Below, one piece after another: positions 6,707 through 11,909 of a stretch of 13,241 nucleotides of DNA. The stretch covers positions 1 to 13,241 of the forward strand of contig JAYSSO010000026.1 in assembly GCA_043720495.1 (NCBI GenBank), read 5' to 3'. The position numbers and the translations under genes were made by a program. This stretch comes from Candidatus Lloydbacteria bacterium. GTDB lineage: Bacteria; Patescibacteriota; Minisyncoccia; Phycocordibacterales; UBA6899. Under the pieces are notes generated by a model that saw only the letters and a program-made list of their open reading frames with translations, was not told the origin of the DNA and searched no databases. Position 1 is the first letter of the stretch. Each line of letters starts with the position of its first letter.

Positions 6707-7780
6707 CTACTCTGGTGAGAAATTACGTAACGCGAGACCGATAGCGGCAGTATACCCGTGTGCTTCATGGAGAGAAAGTGGGGGGATATATTCTTCAAAA
6801 GAGCAGACGTTTACCCACGGGTTGGCGATGACTACTTTCACCTCAAGGCCCATCGAAAGGTACTCCGTAACACCTTTTAAATTGGCACCTCCTCCGGTGA
6901 TAAAAACGCGTTCGATGTTCCCTCCAACTTTCTCGCCGTGGTGCGTCTGCCAATACGAAAAGTGGCGGAGGATTCGGGTGCGGAGATCAGCCATGACCGG
7001 TGCGAGTGCCCCGCGCACTGCGTCGGACTTTCCTCCACCCACAAGTCCATGCTCAACCTTCAGCAACTCGGCTTCTTCGTAGGTAACTTGCATCGCCTTT
7101 TCTATCGCCTGGGTCATATAATATCCACCAATATCGAGAGATGCCGAAAACTGTACGACGCCATTTGCGCTGACGAAAATGTCCGTGACCATCTTACCAA
7201 TGTCGACCACAAGAAAAGTGCCGTTATCGCCCTTGGGAACAATTGCGCGAGCCATTGCCTGGGACTCGAACTCAAACGCTTTAGGCACAATACCGGTTCC
7301 GGAAAAAATATCGAGATACTCATCGACAACTACGCGCGGGAGTACTGACACCACAACGTCGACCATTTCTTTTCGTCCTACTGCACGATCGGAAACGACG
7401 ACATAGTCGAAAATTGCTTCGGACCCGGAAATGGGGACATGTTCTTCGAGACGTAGCTCAATGGCGTCGCGCAATTCCGCTGTTGCTACGCTCGGAATGC
7501 GGATGTTTGCGAGGTATGCTTGCTCTTCAGGGAGAGCGATATGTGCAAACGTTAGATCAAACTCACTCGCCAAAATTGCGAGGACGTCTTGGAGTTTCTT
7601 TTTCTCACGGACGTGGCCATCAGCAATGATGCCTAAAGGGAAATTTCGTGATGCATAACGCACAACCCGCAACTGGCCATTTCCGTGCTCTTCAAGTTCA
7701 ATAAAGCGCACTGCATCGGCAGATATGTCGAGACCTATTGCCGGCATAGCCAAAAATTTCGGTGCTGTAAATAAGCGCAT
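6707..7780 (-). CDS. pilM: Type IV pilus assembly ATPase-fold protein PilM
   Basis: It has actin-like ATPase-fold motifs (IGLDISADAVRFIEL, VVDIGKMVTDI, FITGGGANLKG). The start is set at the ATG at 7780 (alternative 7747); the longer ORF-track start at 7906 overlaps the upstream gene. Confidence 0.85.
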   Translation of the reverse strand: MRLFTAPKFLAMPAIGLDISADAVRFIELEEHGNGQLRVVRYASRNFPLGIIADGHVREKKKLQDVLAILASEFDLTFAHIALPEEQAYLANIRIPSVATAELRDAIELRLEEHVPISGSEAIFDYVVVSDRAVGRKEMVDVVVSVLPRVVVDEYLDIFSGTGIVPKAFEFESQAMARAIVPKGDNGTFLVVDIGKMVTDIFVSANGVVQFSASLDIGGYYMTQAIEKAMQVTYEEAELLKVEHGLVGGGKSDAVRGALAPVMADLRTRILRHFSYWQTHHGEKVGGNIERVFITGGGANLKGVTEYLSMGLEVKVVIANPWVNVCSFEEYIPPLSLHEAHGYTAAIGLALRNFSPE

Positions 7781-7787
7781 CAAAGTT

Positions 7788-7816
7788 ATTATACTTGAGG
7801 AAATTGCACTGCGCAA
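7788..7816 (-). promoter_or_regulatory. Candidate promoter TTGCGC-17-TATAAT placed for a leaderless pilM mRNA
   Basis: On the minus strand, TATAAT occupies 7793-7788 and ends 7 nt before the pilM ATG at 7780. TTGCGC lies at 7816-7811. No Shine-Dalgarno sequence is present. Confidence 0.4.
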
Positions 7817-7832
7817 AAGGAATCTTCCCCCG

Positions 7833-8243
7833 TTAGCGTAATTTGCTACCTGGAGGAACTTCTTTTTCTGGATGGAGGAGCATTGCACCGCCTGATTCCA
7901 GTCCAACTGCGAGAATCATGCCATAACTGGTGAGTCCGCGCATGGTGCGGGGCTCCAAGTTCGTGATAAAGGGACATTGTTTACCAATAAGATCTGCGGG
8001 TTGGTAATATTCACGAATACCGGAGAGAATTTGGCGTATATCCTGCGTTGGTCTAGCCTCATCCGCACAGGCTGGTTCGTCTTCTATTGAGAGGCCCTCC
8101 CCTTTCTGTTCTATTTGGGGGGTTGCGAGTGGCCCAAAGTCGACGGTGAGTTTCAGTAGCTTGTCTGCTCCCTCGATAAACTCGACAGTGAGAATCGTGC
8201 CAATTTTCATTTCTATTTTTGCAAAATCTTCGATTGAGGCCAT
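7833..8243 (-). CDS. tRNA-binding domain protein (CsaA/Trbp111/EMAP-like OB fold)
   Basis: FAKIEMKIGTIL...ADKLLKLTVDFG...RQILSGIREYY.P.DLIGKQ...TNLEPRTMRGLTSYGMILA matches the tRNA_bind domain. A ~27-aa acidic insert follows the VDFG motif. Confidence 0.8.
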   Translation of the reverse strand: MASIEDFAKIEMKIGTILTVEFIEGADKLLKLTVDFGPLATPQIEQKGEGLSIEDEPACADEARPTQDIRQILSGIREYYQPADLIGKQCPFITNLEPRTMRGLTSYGMILAVGLESGGAMLLHPEKEVPPGSKLR

Positions 8244-8318
8244 ATGAAATTAGTGAGTAGTAACTAGTAAATAGGGAGTAAGAATAAGAATGCTTTTTCT
8301 CAGCGTTCGCTCGGAATT

Positions 8319-8334
8319 GAAAATTATAATTTTC
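8319..8334. repeat. Perfect 16-bp palindrome GAAAATTATAATTTTC flanked by direct TTCGCTCG repeats
   Basis: The palindrome contains TATAAT on both strands. TTCGCTCG lies at 8306-8313 and 8337-8344. It sits in the 155-bp spacer upstream of the tRNA-binding protein gene. Confidence 0.6.
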
Positions 8335-8398
8335 GATTCGCTCGCTCACTTGAGAATAGGTAAATGCAAATATCAAATCAGGATAACATGACCAACTA

Positions 8399-8806
8399 TC
8401 ATTCGTCATCCAGAGAGTCGACAGGTGGATTCACAGAATCAAGGTAACTTTGGAGGACGATGGTGGCGGCGGATGCGTCATTCATTGCGTTGTCACCCTG
8501 AAGATGTGTGGCTTCCCGCGATGAGAGGGCTTCGTTCATAAAGATGATAGGGAGACCAGTTGCCACTTTCAACTCCTCCGCAAAAGGAGTGATCCTTTTC
8601 ATTAGTGGATTAGGTTGGTTTTGAAAATTGAGCGAATGTCCAATAACGATTGTGCCCACCTTTTCCACTCGACAGATGGCAGTAATGTCATCGACGAGTG
8701 TTGATGAGAATGGAATTACCCGCAACGGAAAGGCAAGCGTCCCACCGTCTGGTGAGGTCGCAAGGCCGACGCGTTTTGTGCCATAATCGATACCAAGATA
8801 TTTCAT
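8399..8806 (-). CDS. ruvX: Putative pre-16S rRNA nuclease / Holliday junction resolvase-like protein YqgF
   Basis: MKYLGIDYGTKRVGLA...IVIGHSLN...E.LSS..A is the YqgF/RuvX signature. The start is set at the ATG at 8806, because the 60-aa upstream extension in the ORF track is basic junk sequence. Confidence 0.88.
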   Translation of the reverse strand: MKYLGIDYGTKRVGLATSPDGGTLAFPLRVIPFSSTLVDDITAICRVEKVGTIVIGHSLNFQNQPNPLMKRITPFAEELKVATGLPIIFMNEALSSREATHLQGDNAMNDASAATIVLQSYLDSVNPPVDSLDDE

Positions 8807-8841
8807 ATGTGCAGTGTAACAGAGGTGACGTTTCCTTTTTC

Positions 8842-8870
8842 TTGACTTTATCGTTGCTACATGGTACTGT
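8842..8870 (+). promoter_or_regulatory. Candidate promoter TTGACT-17-(TGg)TACTGT
   Basis: TTGACT lies at 8842-8847, followed by a 17-nt spacer, and TACTGT at 8865-8870 is preceded by TGg. It precedes the AGGAG at 8885-8889. Confidence 0.45.
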
Positions 8871-8895
8871 TTTTTTAGACAAACAGGAGTTTCAT

Positions 8896-9849
8896 TTGAC
8901 AAACGACTACGGTTTTGGATTATTGCGTCTTGGCGTCTCCGTAGACGTTTTGGAGCACAACGACAAGCTCCTCGGGGCACTGACACTTGGCATCGAAGTC
9001 ACAAAGGAAGAGCTCGCAAGGCGCTGTGGCCTTGGCAACGTGGACCCGCAACACGTGCGGGGTGGAGGAAATTCGTCGGCTATTGAAGAGGCACTGTGCT
9101 ACCCCCTACCACCCGCAGGAGCGATGCTCGTGACAATTCGTCCCGACCAGGACTCGATTGGGGCGATGGCGATTTTCTACCTCCGAGCAATCGGAAAAGA
9201 GCAAACGATCGACAAGGCGCTGGTGGTGCGCATTGGCGCGGTAGACCGGCTTGGTCTCCGTGGTGCGCACGACGCCTATGCATCCACAGGTGGACTTCCC
9301 GGCACGCAACGTGAAGCTGATGCCATTCAAGTGATCGTCAGTAGCGATGACCCGACACTCACGCTCGAAGACAAGGTGGTGAGCATAAGCCAGATTATCG
9401 CCGGTGAGATGTCACTCCAAAAACTCCAAACAATCGCTGGCATGAAGGTGCGGAGTCAGCGTGAATTTATTGTGGTGATGGAGTTGGGAGTTCCCCTTAT
9501 CGAAACGCGTGGTGGCTACAAAGAAGCGCGCAGTATGATCAACAAGGACTACCCAGTGGGTGTGGTCATTGATTCTGCCTATGCTGGGCAAAACGGCGGG
9601 GAGTATCGCTTTACCGTGGTGCGTAAGCCGGGGTACTTTGATCGGTGGGGCTTTGATGCAGAAATCAATGCGGAAGAAGCCAAGGAGCGGGGAATATCTC
9701 GGGAGGAACTCGAGCGCCGGATGTGTGGCTGGGGAGGAAACAACAACATCGTGTCCTCTTCAGAAGGCTTCGGATGCGAGACGGTGCTCCCCAAGGAACG
9801 AATTCTTACTCTGGTGCGGAACCATTCACGGTCGGGAATCGTGTCCTGA
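8896..9849 (+). CDS. Hypothetical protein (317 aa) with a weak DHH-motif-I-like segment
   Basis: The start is inferred at the in-frame TTG at 8896, 6 nt after AGGAG; the longer ORF would overlap ruvX and no ATG is available. RPDQDSIGAMAI resembles DHH motif I, but the DHH triad position reads IDSAY. A strong terminator follows. Confidence 0.6.
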   Translation: MTNDYGFGLLRLGVSVDVLEHNDKLLGALTLGIEVTKEELARRCGLGNVDPQHVRGGGNSSAIEEALCYPLPPAGAMLVTIRPDQDSIGAMAIFYLRAIGKEQTIDKALVVRIGAVDRLGLRGAHDAYASTGGLPGTQREADAIQVIVSSDDPTLTLEDKVVSISQIIAGEMSLQKLQTIAGMKVRSQREFIVVMELGVPLIETRGGYKEARSMINKDYPVGVVIDSAYAGQNGGEYRFTVVRKPGYFDRWGFDAEINAEEAKERGISREELERRMCGWGGNNNIVSSSEGFGCETVLPKERILTLVRNHSRSGIVS

Positions 9850-9867
9850 ATTTTTGTTTTTTGTATG

Positions 9868-9893
9868 AGCGCCTCACGAGAGGCGCTTTTTTT
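9868..9893 (+). terminator. Intrinsic terminator
   Basis: The stem AGCGCCTC/GAGGCGCT (9868-9875 and 9880-9887) has the loop ACGA and is followed by T7. Confidence 0.85.
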
Positions 9894-9938
9894 ATGTACA
9901 AATTTTCAGATAGCTGCATCGCAGGCTTTTTTCAAAAA

Positions 9939-9947
9939 TGGTAAAAT
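9939..9947 (+). promoter_or_regulatory. Extended -10 element TGgTAAAAT, 8 nt before the ATG at 9956
   Basis: TG lies at 9939-9940 and TAAAAT at 9942-9947. There is no SD sequence, and the spacing implies a leaderless or near-leaderless mRNA. Confidence 0.4.
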
Positions 9948-9955
9948 AGCCTTAC

Positions 9956-10387
9956 ATGCAAAAAATAAAAGTAGAAACAATCGTGCCTGCTGACGTCAAA
10001 AAAGTCTGGCAACACTGGAATAATTCCGAGAGTATCAAGTGTTGGGCATTTGCGAGCGACACCTGGGAGTGCCCGTATGCAGAAAATGATTTACGAGTTG
10101 GTGGGAGGTTTTTAACAAGAATGTCTGCCAAAGATGGGAGCGCCTCTTTTGATTTTACGGGTACATATACTGAGGTTGTGGAGTTGAGTTCTATTACATA
10201 CCTAATGGACAAAGCGGACGGCGAACTGGAGCACCGAGAATGCGCGGTCGTATTTACCGACTTGGGAAACGGCACGACTCAGGTAACGGAGGAATTCACT
10301 CCTGAAGTTGAAAATAGTGAGGAACTGCAAAAAACTGGATGGTCGGCAATACTTGAAAACTTTAAAAAGTTCGTAGCAGATAATTAA
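9956..10387 (+). CDS. SRPBCC/AHSA1 (Aha1-like START-fold) domain protein
   Basis: The 143-aa ORF has the pattern I.A....VW..W...E....W.........D.R.GG.F.......DGS..F.F.G.Y.E......I.Y....R......F......T.V...F...........GW..IL.N.KK, typical of the AHSA1 family. Confidence 0.75.
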   Translation: MQKIKVETIVPADVKKVWQHWNNSESIKCWAFASDTWECPYAENDLRVGGRFLTRMSAKDGSASFDFTGTYTEVVELSSITYLMDKADGELEHRECAVVFTDLGNGTTQVTEEFTPEVENSEELQKTGWSAILENFKKFVADN

Positions 10388-10395
10388 TCAAAAAA

Positions 10396-10827
10396 ATGAA
10401 AAAAACCAAAACAGCTCAGTCCAAACTACCAACCGTTAGGGAATATAATAATTCACAAACAGTCGCCATGAAAAAAGTTTGTGAATTTTTGGCACTACAC
10501 ATAAACAAAAATTTAAAAAACAGCGAGTCGAAAATATGGCACCGTAGCCCGGTGTGGTTTATCGCCGGCAACCCAGTAGTGTCGTACACCGTGCGGAAAA
10601 GTATAGAAAAGGGTGCTAGAGTTTCACTTATGTTTTTCAGTGGCCAAAGCTTTGGGGAGGCAGACTTAATACCGGGAGGGAGCTTCAAGGCGGCGGAAAT
10701 ATTTTATACAGATACAAAGGAAATCAAAATTGCTTACCTCAAGCGGTGGCTACAGAAGGCAAAAAAAATACAGTGGGACTACAAGGATATTGTGAAAAGA
10801 AAGGGCGTGTTGAAAAAAATAGTGTAG
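10396..10827 (+). CDS. DUF1801 (YdhG-like) domain protein
   Basis: The 143-aa ORF has ...KIWHRSPVWFIAGNPVVSY... and the C-terminal LKRWLQKAKKIQWDYKDIV, characteristic of DUF1801 proteins. It starts 8 nt after the upstream stop and is very AT-rich. Confidence 0.65.
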   Translation: MKKTKTAQSKLPTVREYNNSQTVAMKKVCEFLALHINKNLKNSESKIWHRSPVWFIAGNPVVSYTVRKSIEKGARVSLMFFSGQSFGEADLIPGGSFKAAEIFYTDTKEIKIAYLKRWLQKAKKIQWDYKDIVKRKGVLKKIV

Positions 10828-10864
10828 CAAAGAGCTAACTCCGTTCACGCGCAAGCAAAGAGAA

Positions 10865-10880
10865 GGTGGGATTCGGACAC
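10865..10880 (-). repeat. Degenerate direct copy of the tRNA-Ser T-arm/3' region
   Basis: Plus-strand GAAGGTGGGATTCGGACAC matches tRNA-Ser GGAGGTGAGATTCGAACTC (11083-11101) at 15 of 19 aligned positions, in the same orientation. Confidence 0.5.
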
Positions 10881-10925
10881 GAGTTAGCATTTAAAAATCT
10901 TTATTCTTTTTACTACAATCACTGG

Positions 10926-10936
10926 GGTGAGATTCG
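10926..10936 (-). repeat. 11-nt exact direct copy of the tRNA-Ser 3' half (GGTGAGATTCG)
   Basis: It is identical to 11085-11095 inside tRNA-Ser and in the same orientation. It is immediately followed by the hairpin GCTGAT-TAC-ATCAGC. Confidence 0.55.
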
Positions 10937-10990
10937 CTGATTACATCAGCAGGTACTTTTCGGACTCCCTGAATCGTCATCGAAAAGTCT

Positions 10991-11039
10991 TTCGGAATCT
11001 CACACGAAAGTGCTGCCGAGCACTTTCTCTCCTCCGCCC
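10991..11039 (+). repeat. Inverted, interrupted copy of the tRNA-Ser 3' end
   Basis: TTCGGAATCTCAC (compare the tRNA's TTCGAATCTCAC) and CTCCTCCGCCC (acceptor 3' strand, discriminator and trailer) lie in opposite orientation to the tRNA. They are split by a 25-nt insert whose core is the hairpin GAAAGTGCT-GCCG-AGCACTTTC. Confidence 0.6.
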
Positions 11040-11040
11040 A

Positions 11041-11065
11041 ATAAAATAACCGCTTTGCAAGCGGT
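11041..11065 (-). terminator. Terminator-like hairpin downstream of tRNA-Ser
   Basis: The stem ACCGCTT/AAGCGGT (11049-11055 and 11059-11065) is followed on the minus strand by TATTTTATT. It forms the centre of a 57-nt near-palindrome at 11029-11085. Confidence 0.55.
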
Positions 11066-11077
11066 ATTTTATACGGG

Positions 11078-11164
11078 CGGAGGAGGTGAGATTCGAACTC
11101 ACGATACCGTTTCCGGTATGGCGCATTTCAAGTGCGCTGGAATAAACCACTATCCGACTCCTCC
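11078..11164 (-). tRNA. tRNA-Ser(UGA)
   Basis: The reverse complement reads GGAGGAG-TC-GGAT..TTCC-A-GCGCA-CT-TGA-AA-TGCGC-CATACCGGAAACGGTATC-GTGAG-TTCGAAT-CTCAC-CTCCTCC-G. This is an 87-nt class II tRNA with a 6-bp variable-arm stem and discriminator G. CCA is not encoded. Confidence 0.92.
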
Positions 11165-11647
11165 GTATTTTATAGTTTTTCTCAACCAACTTTTTTCTAA
11201 AAAATGCTCTTCGTAATGACAATTCGGGCAGATAAGCTCAAGGTTCTCTATCTGATTATCATCATGATTTCGATTTTTATGATGCACGTGCAATATCTCA
11301 TATTTACCATACGCACATCGCTCACACTTTTTTCCTCGAATATCGAGGAGGCGCATTTTGAGCGCACGCGCAGATACCACCTTATCCCTTGGTCTATTTA
11401 TTTTATATTGAATACCTGCCCGATGCTTGTTTGCACAACTTCTACTGCACGTCTTTTTATGGAGTCCAGCTAAAATTAGCTTTTGACAAACAACGCACGG
11501 TACTTCTTTTCTACAAGCAATACCATAACACCGCTGTCCGCAGTAAGCACGTCCACCGCTCAACTCCTGCTCACCAGGTCGGCGGTATACTGGGGTTTCA
11601 CAAACAGCACACTTTGTATTGGGATTTCTTTTATGTAACTCAGTCAC
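11150..11647 (-). CDS. HNH endonuclease with N-terminal zinc-ribbon repeats
   Basis: The HNH core is CERCAYGKYEILHVHHKNRNHDDNQIENLELICPNCHYEEH. Two N-terminal CxxC...CxxxC modules are present (CAVCETP...YCGQRC and CVVCQKL...TCSRSC). The start is a GTG at 11647, and the last 5 codons plus the stop lie inside tRNA-Ser. Confidence 0.8.
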   Translation of the reverse strand: MTELHKRNPNTKCAVCETPVYRRPGEQELSGGRAYCGQRCYGIACRKEVPCVVCQKLILAGLHKKTCSRSCANKHRAGIQYKINRPRDKVVSARALKMRLLDIRGKKCERCAYGKYEILHVHHKNRNHDDNQIENLELICPNCHYEEHFLEKSWLRKTIKYGGVG

Positions 11648-11765
11648 TCATCCACTCTACCACATGGAGTAAGCTTACGCATCACTATACTGAATTATGA
11701 AAAAAAGACAAAAAACGCTTTTGTGTGGCCATGCTGTGGGAGACTGAGTTGCCCATGAAAAATTC

Positions 11766-11794
11766 TTGACATTATGTTTAATCTGTGATAAACT
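11766..11794 (+). promoter_or_regulatory. Promoter TTGACA-17-(TGa)TAAACT for the high-GC gene
   Basis: The consensus -35 lies at 11766-11771, followed by a 17-nt spacer and an extended -10 (TG at 11786-11787, TAAACT at 11789-11794). Confidence 0.55.
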
Positions 11795-11819
11795 TATATC
11801 AGCGTGATCCTTGAATTTG

Positions 11820-11874
11820 TTGTGATCACCTCAGTGTTTGTAAGGGAAATCCACAAATAGTGAGGTGATCACAA
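11820..11874. repeat. 14-bp perfect inverted repeat (long hairpin) carrying two GTGATCAC palindromes
   Basis: TTGTGATCACCTCA (11820-11833) and TGAGGTGATCACAA (11861-11874) form the outer stem. An inner 5-bp helix TTTGT/ACAAA (11837-11841 and 11853-11857) closes an 11-nt apical loop. The structure lies in the 5' leader of the CDS at 11910. Confidence 0.85.
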
Positions 11875-11909
11875 TCGTGACACTACAACCCCTCCTAGGA
11901 GACGCATCC

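Noticed and set aside
7781-7906. N-terminal extensions proposed by the ORF track for pilM (to 7906), uppS (to 4416), ruvX (to 8986), the hypothetical at 8698 and the RluA-family gene (to 3269).
   Set aside because: Each extension overlaps the neighbouring gene or a divergent gene. Each encodes basic or low-complexity sequence ahead of the conserved family N-terminus. Internal starts that match the family N-termini and operon spacing were used instead.
11700-11725. A minus-strand terminator-like hairpin (ACAAAA-GCGTT-TTTTGT plus CTTTTTTT) upstream of the HNH start.
   Set aside because: The stem is six A-T/T-A pairs only and therefore very weak. There is no minus-strand gene to its right for it to terminate. 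It is probably a chance A/T-run structure.
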